From Stegostoma tigrinum (Eukaryota): a DNA stretch of 64,000 nucleotides. Positions 50,741 through 61,660 of this stretch are shown here, piece by piece. The stretch is taken from assembly GCF_030684315.1 (NCBI RefSeq), contig NC_081373.1, forward strand, positions 17,585,989 to 17,649,988, given 5' to 3'. A model generated the notes under the pieces. That model made no database searches. It was not told the DNA's origin and saw only the letters and a program-made list of their open reading frames with translations. The translations under genes were made by a program, and so were the position numbers. Numbering within the stretch: position 1 is the first letter of the stretch; the number at the start of each line of letters is the position of its first letter.

Positions 50741-50855
50741 GAGAGGGGTGGAGAGGTTGTGGGTGGTTAATGTCTCGATGGCAGTTTGAGATGAAGAGGT
50801 CGAGGGAAGTTAGGAGGCCTGGGGGTGGTGTCCAGGAGGAGGAGTAAGATTGGAG

Positions 50856-51636
50856 CTGGGTGAGCCAGCAGCATGGAGGAGGGCCCATCTGACTTTGCAC
50901 TGAGGATGATGCCACTGACATGTCCATCCTCTGCGTAAAACCTAGTTAGGTCTCTGGATCATTAGTCCCTGTCTTCTGGACCGCAGTCTGGTGATATAAT
51001 TGCGATGCTACTGTTCGCTCAATCGCAGATACTTTTGAATCAGACATCCCGTTGTTTATACATTTCAATGTAGCTGTGTTATGAGACAGCATAAACTGAA
51101 GCTATCAGGACCTGGCTTTGGAATTGGCTGTTGCTACAGCGGTGGGGACAGTGTTGGCGAGTTTGGATCAGCGGTGAAAAATGGTGCCTGAGGATCGGTG
51201 ACTTGGCCACACGTTAGGTTCAGCGCTGGAGGTGGTGGAAAGGCATCACCGCACCATTGATGAGATGGGCCCAGCAGTGAGGGATGTGGCTCTGATGCTG
51301 GTGGGGTCCGGCATAGCAGGCGGTGAGGTGTTAGTGGGGAAGAATCAACCCAGGGGCAACAGATGGTGCCTGAAGAGTGGCTTCAATGATGAGTGGGTCT
51401 GGTGCAGTTGGGAGTGATGTGTTGGAGGAAGGATGGCACTGCATGTATTGTTGATGATGTGCTGGCTCAGGACTACTTTACTCTCTTAAAGCGATATCTT
51501 TCTATTTTTTTTCCCTTATTCTTAAAACTATCCAAAATGGCACCGGATCGTGGTGACAATGGAAAAGCTTTTCATTGTATTTTTCTGTTTTCTTACTGTA
51601 AAGTACTTGTGACAATAAAGTCATTCATTCATTCAA
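50856..51636 (+). mobile_element. Non-autonomous element with Rex1/Babar-like tail (probable PLE target)
   Basis: 3' end aatggcaccggatcgtggtgac...gcttttcattgta...gtgacaataaag(tcat)n, similar to the tail of 9600-11150. Confidence 0.45.
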
Positions 51637-52987
51637 AATGAAACTACAATCTTTAAGTGTAATGCCTTCCCTTTAACTATAATTGCAGTCCATCAAGATA
51701 GGATTTTCCTTTTTTAAAGTTGAATTCATCCCTTTTAGTAGTATAACATGGTGTAATTATTGTAGGTATTTTAGAAAAAAAGAATGCTGCTTCGAAATTC
51801 CATAATCCAATTACATCAGAAGCACATGAAGTATTAAAACCCACTTCAAATATTCGTTGCAACATGTATGTTTAGCTCACATATAATTGAAGAGTGATTT
51901 GTTTTAGCCAGGCAAAGTTACTACTTTGTAAGGACTTAAATTCTTTTTCCTTATACTTAATTGGACTTTAGTCACTGCATGCTAATACCTCTCAGCTGGT
52001 TTTAATTTAAAGAGGGAAATGTCGACTGATGGTAATTAGATTTACAGAATGCACCAATAGAAACGCAGGATGTCTGTTTGTATAAGAGCACATGGGAGAA
52101 CTTCAACTATTAGAAAGCTACCTTAAGAGAAGTTCTGATGTTGACTTTAACAAGGTGCAAAGTGGCACCAGTAGCACACTGTACTGGAAAGCGAAAAAAT
52201 GTTCTTCTCTGAAACAAATTTAATCTGTAACATTTAACGGTTTTGTAAAAAAGTCTTAAAAAGCTGTCAATAAATTTAAACTTCAGAAAATGGAAGATCG
52301 AACAAAAGAAAACAAAAGATTTAATTAACATAACACCTAACCATACTTTTCAAACAAAAATCTCAAAGTGCTTCACATGCTATGTCCCACTTCAAAGGAA
52401 AGTAACTGCAGTTTTTAAATAAGCCGCAAAATGCCCAAAATAGCAATGAGATGAATGGTCTGTTAATTTATTTTCTTTGCTAGAATTTGTTGAGGAGTGT
52501 TGGCCAAGATTTTGAGAGCGATGTTTGGCCTTCTTTACAGGGTGATCTTTTTTTAAAAGTAGCAACTGTTACAAATTTCTCTCTCAACCAAGGAGAGAAA
52601 TTGGCAGAAGCAAAGAGCAAAGTTTTCCTTAAATGATGCAGGATGGTGGAATAGAGAAGGAAAGGCCACACTGGAAAGTGAAAGGAGAAGATTATCACAA
52701 ATCGGAACACTCGAGGAGTGGAGCCAAATACACAGGGGTTATCTTGTACAAATTTAAGTGTTAGTTGAAATTTAATAATCTATCCATAACTCCCAGAGTA
52801 TAGCTTTCCCTTTGTTGGAAAAACATCATGAATACTCGATGCAATCTGCATCTCACATTCTTGCCTTTATGCTAATATAGTAGCAAAAAATATTCCAAGC
52901 ATCAATTATAAATATTGCAATTTAAAAAAAACTGTCTTGGGAGCAATTTATCCCAAAGTTCCAAACAAGATACTGTGCACAAGTTCT

Positions 52988-53657
52988 GTGCAGATACATA
53001 GATCCCTTAAAATGGCCACCCAAGTGGACAGGGTTGTTAAGAAAGCATATGGTGTTTTGGCTTTCATTAACAGGGGGATTGAGTTTAAGAGTCGTGAGAT
53101 CTTGTTGCAGCTCTATAAAACTTTGGTTAGACCGCACTTGGAATACTGCGTCCAGTTCTGGGCGCCCTATTATAGGAAAGATGTGGATGCTTTGGAGAGG
53201 GTTCAGAGGAGGTTTACCAGGATGCTGCCTGGACTGGAGGGCTTATCTTATGAAGAGAGGTTGACTGAGCTCGGTCTCTTTTCATTGGAGAAAAGGAGGA
53301 GGAGAGGGGACCTAATTGAGGTATACAAGATAATGAGAGGCATAGATAGAGTCGATAGCCAGAGACTATTTCCCAGGGCAGAAATGGCTAGCACGAGGGG
53401 TCATAGTTTTAAGCTGGTTGGTGGAAAGTATAGAGGGGATGTCAGAGGCAGGTTCTTTACGCAGAGAGTTGTGAGAGCATGGAATGCGTTGCCAGCAGCA
53501 GTTGTGGAAGCAAGGTCATTGGGGTCATTTAAGAGACTGCTGGACATGCATATGGTCACAGAAATTTGAGGGTGCATCCATGAGGATCAATGGTCGGCAC
53601 AACATTGTGGGCTGAAGGGCCTGTTCTGTGCTGTACTGTTCTATGTTCTATGTTCTA
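52988..53657 (+). mobile_element. Young 5'-truncated CR1/HER1 LINE, open ORF2 C-terminus
   Basis: Uninterrupted frame QVDRVVKKAYG...[19 protein letters not shown]...WNALP to the stop at 53569; (ctatgtt)n tail. Confidence 0.95.
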
Positions 53658-53748
53658 AGAGTTTTATTGGACTCGAAACATTAATTCAGCTTCTGTCTTC
53701 ACGGCTACTGTCAGACCTGCTGAGTTTCTTCATCACTCCCAGTTTTTA
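53658..53748 (+). mobile_element. PLE family-2-like pseudo-LTR remnant split by the CR1
   Basis: agagttttattggactc-GAAAC-att-aatt...cagacctgctgagttt; the missing agttCT start of the core is at 52982-52987. Confidence 0.55.
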
Positions 53749-55456
53749 TGACATTGAAGTGACTTGTATGGATTGAAATGACAGTACAAGGATAAAATCA
53801 ACTTAAATTAGAGACTGCCCTGCAGGATCAGCATCCGTGCCCTTTGATTAACCAAACTAATCAAGGCAATAATGCTCTAGGTTTTATCTCCAGTTTCCAT
53901 TACTGTAGCTAACTTTGGCCAGGATGGCAATAGTGGCAAAACATTTAGCCCGGATGCTGTACTTAATGGTTAGGAAAGGCACCCAGCGATTTTTACTAAT
54001 GATTTTAACCCAGAGATGCTCCCACTGTGACTACATGAAGGCAGGATCTGGTTTACTGATAAAGCACCCCACAAGTAAATAATGTAATGACATTCCCACA
54101 ACATACACATGGATGATGTATTCCCGAGGTAAAATACTTGAAGCTGAGCAGTGTCTATAGAACTGCATTCCAGTGGGCAGTCTGTGTATTTCAGAGACGT
54201 GAGTGGAAAATTCAAGAAAAAAGTACACAGAAATTAGACTCGTTTTGTTTAGATATCGGGGTTACAATGGAGAATAAAGCTATATGTCACAAAGTAATAT
54301 TGAATGCATGACAAAAATAAATCTCGCTGAATGGCAACGGAGATCAGTATTTACAGGGTTAATGGTTTTTGATTAACCCCGGTTTACAAGCTATTTAATA
54401 GTTATTTGCACAGCAGCAACTGCCAATGCCATGATTATTAACAAGCACTCAAGTATCTCGCTTCACTTCGACCAGCGAACAGAGAGAAAGAGAATTGTTT
54501 TTGGCATTGACTAGATTCCAGCACTTAGTATTTCACCCCCTATTAAACAAAGAGCCTCAGGCTTTCCAATGACCTCAGCCAACTTGCACATACCTCCACT
54601 GGGAATGCGTTTATTTATACCATTTCTAATTTCTAATTTATTTCCCAAACATCTTGATCTCCACATGGAGCAATAATGGTTGTGTTAATGGAATGTGCTC
54701 TTGTTAAGAGTTACAGAATGTATTTATTTCTCCCCTGAGTATTCAGTAGCAGTCCTCGAAGCTAAAGTATATTCTCTAAGGGTGGCAGAAGAAGCTGATT
54801 GCTCTAACCCACATTTCGTTGATAGGCACTGGATTTCGGTCAGAAAGAGAGAGCCAAAATAATTGTAGAAGGTGAATAGCTGCACATTAAGAGGCTTTGA
54901 AGTGGTAATATGCTGCATAAATGTAACGCAATCTGCACAACTGCTATTTGAGGTTTCTTTTTATTAAATGTGAATTAACAAGATCAGGTCTCGTTTACTC
55001 CTTCCTTGTCAGAGGGGTTATCGTGGATTTCACCTCCACATATTGGCTATTTCATTGCTCTACCCTCTTCACATTCTCAACTAGAGAGCCTGAAACTATT
55101 CTGTGACATATTAACAATCAATACTAAATGCTGAAATTCCTTGTTGCATCATTTGGAGTTTTACTGCTTTTGCTAAAATAATGCATGGTGTATTATAAGT
55201 GAATACATTAAGTCTTCTTAAGATTATAGCTCTTTGCATGAGTTTTGGATACCTTTATTGTTTATTTAACTACGTTGGCAGTGGATTCACAGGAAAATTG
55301 GATCAGGTCCTCCATCAAAAAATATATTTTTTAGACTGGGGCCACTAGATAATAAAGGTCAAAGTAACATAAAGCTCTCTGGCCACAGCATTTTTCAGCT
55401 TAGTCTTCAATGTGATACTTCCTGGGAATTCAATACCCAATCCAGAAAGGACGGAA

Positions 55457-55546
55457 CAAAAACAAAGTTGCTGGAAAAGTTCAGCAGGTCTGGCAGCATC
55501 TGCAAAGGAGAAAAGAGTTAATGTTTCGGGTCCAGTGACTGTCCTT
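55457..55546 (-). mobile_element. PLE family-2 insertion with 14-bp TSD
   Basis: Flanks cagaaaggac(g/a)gaa at 55443-55456 and 55547-55560; minus-strand HHR remnant gtcactggacccgaaacattaactc. Confidence 0.8.
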
Positions 55547-55620
55547 CAGAAAGGACAGAATGTGTGTCACGGTTAACCCTTCAGGACTAAGTTAGTCCAG
55601 TAAGTTCCACAGTTAGCCCA

Positions 55621-55740
55621 CAGGACCTGAAATGTAAACTCCAATTTCTCTCCACTGATGCTGCCAGATCTGCTGAGATTTTCCAGTAATTTCTGCTTTT
55701 GTTTCTGATTTCCAACAGCTGCAGTTCTTTTAGTTTCTTT
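55621..55740 (+). mobile_element. PLE family-2 pseudo-LTR fragment
   Basis: ggacctgaaatgtaaactc...gatgctgccagatctgctgag...gatttccaacagctgcagttc. Confidence 0.65.
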
Positions 55741-57168
55741 TTCCCTCCCTTACCCGGTCTGGACTACATGTGTTTCCAGGCCTGCAGCAACGTTGTTGAC
55801 TCTTAACTGCCCACTGGGCATTAAATGCTGGCTCAGCTGGCAATCCCTTCATCCTGTGAATGGATAAAAACAAAAATCCAAATTAATTTTAAACAGAAGC
55901 CTGGCAATTCCAGTCAGATTACCATTCCACTCATCTCTTGTTAGTGAGGTCTGAGCTCCATACCTCCAACCAAGGATTCCAAACCCAGCTCCTTCAGAAA
56001 TGAGGAGAGCATCAGAAATCAACATAGAATCCCTTCAAACAGGTCAGTTGTTGGATGTTAAACTATGGCCCCTTTTGGAGCAGTCAGTGAGTGGTAGAAT
56101 TGTCTGCAATAGAAATGTCCAATAGCAAAGCCAGACACTTTAACAAATGCTGAGAAAGGCTACATAGGTAAAGTATGGCAATAAGGTGGAAGCTTCTTTA
56201 GAGATTACAGTGTTAGTTGGATATGATGTCAAATGGATAAGGTTCCAGGTAAGTGATGGAGTGCTTAGAGTAAGTAGGTGAAGGGATGGGGCTAGGAGTG
56301 TCAAGGCTGATGGGCTTGTCCGGGTAGATCGCAGAGCTGGCAATAGGGATTTGTTATGCCCCATGGATGAAGGGATTGGTTGCTGAGGGTGAGTGTCAGG
56401 ACAAGGGGGATCAATTTAGCAGCACACAATGTCAGGCCCTGGCTGAGGGGGTGGAATTGTGGGAGTTTGGAGAAGTTTGGCCCACTGGCAGTCATTGTCA
56501 GGCATTCCTGGGGATGTCTGGGGGTGTGCAATTGGAGGCGTGTGTGTGGTAAGTTAGGGGAAGGATCACTCAGCCAAATGGTTACCCAGGAGTTAGGCTC
56601 GGTGAAAATTTAAAATTTTAAAGTTAGCATCGTGGGTAACCTTTAACTGAGCAGATGTAGCACTGTTCAGATTCTTCAACATTCGGGTTTTTATTTTAAC
56701 AGGTTCTAGATGCAGAGGAATTTCCCATTGGAATCTTCAGAATCTGCTGTGTCTGGGATTGCACAGGGCCCTGCTGTACAACTCCAGTCTGTGCTTCTCC
56801 AATGACTATCTGGCTTTCGGAATATCTGAGCCCAGACACTCAAGAGGATAGCAAAAGTATCCTTGTAACCACATGAGGAGGGTATTGGCTCAGAGTGAGG
56901 AAAATAAAATCTCCAACTGGTGGAAAGAATTCTCGATGTGAAGTCTAATTGTTGAAAGAGATGTCTGTAGCTGGTACTTGGTTACGATCCAAATTTCTTC
57001 AGGTAGACGTGTTGCCCCAACCTTCCTTCTTATCCTAGACTACAAAACTTACTAATACTAAGTGATGAAGGATTAATCACTGATATGTGTTTGACAGAAG
57101 AGTCACATGCTTGAGTAACCAGATCTATTCATTACATGATGGCATAATAACTGGCTATTAAAAAGATT

Positions 57169-57955
57169 TTGCAAAAATATACTTTATTCATTGCAAAAAT
57201 ACACTTTATTCATAAAAAAAACTTTATCTACATTCACAGGCACCAAAGCAGTTCTGTACAGTCTTTGCAAATCAAGGAGAAACAAACATTGGAATCTGAT
57301 ATTCCCTGCAGTTGCATAAACCAAAAGCATTTCGTACTCATGCAGGATACTATGTACATGCATTTGAGGCAAAGAGAGGGTCTAATAATGGCACAAACCC
57401 TCATTACAGTTTGGCAGAAAGACCTCCGACGATGGTCTTTCCCCACTGTGCCTTGGCGGCGGGTTCCCCAAGCTTTAGTGCACCCCTCAGCACATATTTC
57501 TGGATGATGGAATATGCTAGTCAGTAACACTCAGTCGAGGTCAACTCTTTGAGCTGGAAGACCAACAAGCTTTGGGCAGGCCTAGGAGCATCCTTCACCA
57601 AGTCGATGGTCCTCCAAGCGCAGTCATTGTAAGCCTTGGTGCGCACTCTGGGGAACAGACCGTACAGCACAGAGTCCTGCATCACAGAACTGCTCAGGAC
57701 AAACCTGGTCAAAAAGTCTCCAGACCTTTTTTGCAAAGGCACATTCCAGAAGGAGGTGTGTGAGAGTCTCTTCCCTCGTACAGCCACTATGAGGGAAGCT
57801 TTTGCTATCCTCTTAAGTGTCTTGGCTCAGCAGTGCGGTGGTGTGCAGTTAGCAGGCATACATAGAGGGTCTCACAGGTAGTGCCCTTTCCACCAGCAGC
57901 CAAACCACATCTTGGTGCTTGTTGCAAAGTTCTGGTGATGAGTCATTTTGCCTAC
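57169..57955 (-). mobile_element. L1/Tx1-clade LINE 3' fragment, degraded
   Basis: ORF 57521-57787 reads SVLYGLFP...CAWRTIDLVKDA....LLVFQLKELTSTEC, resembling the Tx1-type ORF2 C-terminus; tail atgaataaagtatatttt, locally duplicated at 57169-57212. Confidence 0.7.
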
Positions 57956-58236
57956 AAGTTATTCCTTTCAGGCTGACTGCATTCAAAACAGTGATCATGT
58001 TCTTCCCTTCAGTATGTAATGGCTAATCCTACAGCTTGCCCCTTTATGTTACCAATTTTCTTTTCTTCCATCTCCAGAAATAGAGGTAGAGGGTATGGCT
58101 TTCTTCTGTTTAGTGCAGATGTATCAATCATGAAAGAAAATTGGTCAACAATATTGTGGGTATTTATTTGAACATAAGACTGTGTGCACACTCTGGTAAC
58201 TGGGAGACTATGTAGAATAAGTGTAACTTTATCACA

Positions 58237-58592
58237 GGGAGGTGATGGCCTAGTGGTATTATTGCTGGACTGTTAATCCAGAGACCCAGATAATGTTCAA
58301 GGGATTCAGGGTCAAATTCCATCGTGGCAGATGGTGGAATTTGAATTCAATAAATTTCTGGAATTAAGAGTCTAGTGATGACTGTGAATCCGTTACCAAT
58401 TGTTGGAAAAACCCATCTGGCTCACTAATGCCTTTTAGGGAAGAAAACTAGCATCCTTACCTGGTCTGGCCTACATGTGACTCCAGACCCACAGCAATGT
58501 GGTTGACTCTTAAATGCCCTCTGGGCATTTAAGGATAGGCAATAAACGCTGCCGAGCCAGTGATGCTCTCACCCGTGAATGAATAAAAAAAA
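58237..58592 (+). mobile_element. Full-length tRNA-derived SINE sharing its 3' tail with the second LINE lineage
   Basis: A-box tggcctagtgg, B-box-like gggtcaaattcc; tail gggcatttaaggataggcaataaacgctgcc...gtgaatgaataaaaaa. Confidence 0.85.
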
Positions 58593-59526
58593 TTATGGGA
58601 CGGCCGCTCACTTCTTTCTACAGTGTACATGGGGTCATATATCCCATCCTGCCTCATGATGGACAGTGGTAGACAACAGTTTAAGATGTGCCTCTTAAAA
58701 ATACGTAACAACTGAGGATGGGGCACCAATGCCCTGAGAATAGTATGTTTGGGGTAGTATTTGGAAAAGTATTGGAGTCAGTGCTCATTTGTCTACATCT
58801 GTGCCGTTTCTAACTCTTCACTCCTGATACCCATTTGCCATGGCAGCCACTGCTCCTAAGATAGTGCAATGGAGCATGTTATGAATTGGATAGATGTGAT
58901 GCTTTGGAACATCAGAAATTCTGTCCACAGCATGCAAAAATAGTTACATATTGCACTACAGCAGGTAAGATCCAAACATAAGGAGGTCAGTTAGAAGAGC
59001 CCAAGTTAGTGGAACAGGTAATGAAGCCCCTCCTTAAACTGGGGAAGGACAATATCTCCAAATCATTGTGAACACCAAGTGATCAGTTTTCAAATAATTT
59101 AGCACAAATTTCACAACAGATGCTGCCAGGTTAATGGCAATTCCTCTGTAAGCATTTCATAATCCTGAATTATTGCTATACAACTGATGGAATATTGGTT
59201 TCTCAATAGCTTAAGTAGATTGAAGACTATGTCTCACTGTGCTTTCAACGTAACTACATGTCATAGACCTATATTCAGACTTAGTGTCAGTCTTCTTGGG
59301 ATTATTAGAATTTTGTAAAGCTTTTTAGTGAATTTCCAAGTGGATGTATGAGGTTAGGTTTGAATAGGCTGATAGTTACTTGCATTATCTCTCTCTGTCT
59401 CTCCCTCTCTTCCAAAATTTGCTTGCTCAAAATCTACCTCAGTTCAGCAAAGATGAGAGTAAGGACTTTACGAAGCATGGAATAGATTCAATCAATAGTT
59501 CTGAAGTATTTTCTCAGGCTGCATAT

Positions 59527-60075
59527 TATAGAGTCATGGAGCTGTAAAGCACAGCCAGGGGTTCTTTGGCCCATTGGAATTTACTGGTTAAAAACAAGCG
59601 CATGACTATTCTAACTCCATTAGAATGGCCTTGTATGCTTTGGCGTTGCACCTCTGAATACGTCTGAAACGTTACGTAAGTTTCTGCCTCTACTACCCAT
59701 ACAGACAGTGAGTTCCAGATTCCCACTGCCCGGGGGGTAAAAAAGAAAATCCTCATGTCCCCTCTGAATCTCCCACCCCTTACCATAAATCTCTGCCCCC
59801 TGTTTATTGATCCTTCCACCAAGGGGAATGGTTCCTTCTTGCTGACTGTACCTAAGGTGCCCGTCAGTTATGTCCCGGCCCAGTCTCCTCTGTTCCAAAG
59901 GAAACAACAGCGGTTTGCCCAATCTCTCTTCATAACTAAACCTCTCCAGTCCAGGCAACTTCCTGGTAAATCTCCTCTGCACCCTTTCCAGTGCAAGCAC
60001 ATCCCTCCTATAATGTGGATTCTGGAATTGTATACAATACCCTAGCTGTTGTCTAACTAACACTTTATACAGTTA
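59527..60075 (-). mobile_element. CR1 LINE 3' fragment
   Basis: LVRQQLGYCIQF...ALERVQRRFTRKLPGLE; GGRFRGD...GIWNSL. Confidence 0.9.
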
Positions 60076-60759
60076 TCTGTTCATTTAAAGCTGGGAGTAC
60101 ACTTTTAAAAATTTGCTATTCCATTATTGCCAATTAAGTTTTGAATTAACGTTTTGAATACAGCCACTAGTATGATTAATGAGCTTGAAAGGAGCAATTT
60201 GTGATTTTACAACTGAGTTTTTGACTAGTCTTGATCACTGGGAAAGCTGTAACTTGCAGTTAGCCATCACACTTTTGATCTGTTGTTTGATGCCAGAAAA
60301 AAAAGGCAGTAATTAGTGCTAGAAGCAGAATTTAGTTTAACACCACTGTTACCAAAAGCAGCACGAAAGGCCATGGCTCAAGATGATGTTGGATGCGTCA
60401 GAAGTTGATTACCATTTACTTATCTGATTTTAATCCTCTTCCAGTTATAGCAACGTATAGGTTAGCCACTTGCCATACAACCTGCTCAACGTACCTTTTC
60501 ATTAAAGTCAAGATATAGATATAAATTAAGTAGACAATGCACTACGTCAAACCTATCAATGCAGAAAATTACCTGCCTAATATCTAGGCATACTTTTATC
60601 AAATTTATTACCATACCTTATTGCCAACCAATTCGCAGTATGATCACATTTCTAAATAGTCGTTTGGTCATTCAGAATTTCATTATTGCTAAAAGAAAGA
60701 CACATTTTCATTTTTCTCCCATCAAGACATTCACAAAAATTACTGAACAAAGGGAAGTC

Positions 60760-61660
60760 AAGAGTGATCATTGTATGGCTATGGACTATGATTGGTAGAG
60801 GCAATGCAGTGAAGAATAAACCAGTTGGTGATGATTGACAGTCAACTGTCAAGCTCTGTTTAACTTTTAAATCAGGCAGGTTGACTTTGTTTAGCCAAGG
60901 TAGCTCCCTGTGAAATGAACCAAAGAATACCTATTAATACCTATTTTATTGATTTGAAACAGGTGCGGTGTGTATACTTTATTTTTGGCTGTAGAGAACA
61001 GAAGCCCTGCGTATTCATATATGTAGCTTCTAGTTCTCACCAATGCACTACTCTATGATCCAGACTGACAATCTTAAATTGCTTGTTAGCATAATTCTTC
61101 AAATACACCAGATTATCCAACAAATGCTGTCTAAAACGGGAAACATATCTCATTCCACCAAAAACAGAAATTGCTGGAAAAGCTCAGCAGGCCTGGCAGC
61201 ATCTGTGTAGAGGAATCAAAGTTAACGTTTGAGGTCCAGTGACTCTTCCTCAGAACTGAGGTGTTCTGAGGAAGATTCAGTGGACCCAAAACAATAACTC
61301 TGATTTCTCTCCACAGATGCTTGCCAGGCCACCTGAGCTTTTCCAGCAATTTCTGTTTTTGTTCCTGATTTCCAGCACCTGCAGTTCTTTCGGTTTTTAA
61401 ACATAGCTCACTATAGTGAGTTTTTTTGCAAGCTAGTTGAATGTGCTGTGTGCCTTTCTTTAGTGAACAGCTAAATGGACGTACTATTTGATGCAATCCA
61501 TCAGTGATGTGTGGCCTATGTGCTAGGCATCACACTGGCATTGAAATTCATGTACCACTATACTCATTTGTGTGATAGGCAAAGCTTCTTTGTAGCTTGA
61601 TGACAGTGTCCAGTTACTGGGGAACACTATTCATGTTCCTCCTTCACACTAATAAGTCTG
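60760..61660 (-). mobile_element. Old, distinct PLE GIY-YIG C-terminus and 3' UTR (interrupted)
   Basis: Hand translation of the minus strand gives LPITQMSIVVHEFQCQCDA*HIGHTS (61590-61515), QHLLDN...KNYANKQFKIVS and ELEATYMNTQG (61130-61005), a decayed GIY-YIG domain. Confidence 0.65.
61159..61398 (-). mobile_element. Fold-back PLE family-2 insertion
   Basis: About 100-nt inverted arms meet at two back-to-back HHR remnants (agtt-CTGAGGA-A-gagtcactggacctc-aaacgtt-aact). Degenerate TSD aaacata(t/g)ctca at 61141 and 61399. Confidence 0.85.

Larger units (their letters stand above)
48423..50842 (-). mobile_element. Penelope-like retroelement, 5'-truncated, with 3' pseudo-LTR and HHR
   Basis: RT + GIY-YIG coding region, pyrimidine-rich 3' region and HHR. 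13-bp TSD agtaagat(g/t)ggag at 48410-48422 and 50843-50855. Confidence 0.95.

Noticed and set aside
48692-50770. Multiple plus-strand and alternate-frame ORFs
   Set aside because: Shadow ORFs antisense to, or overlapping, the GC-skewed PLE coding region.
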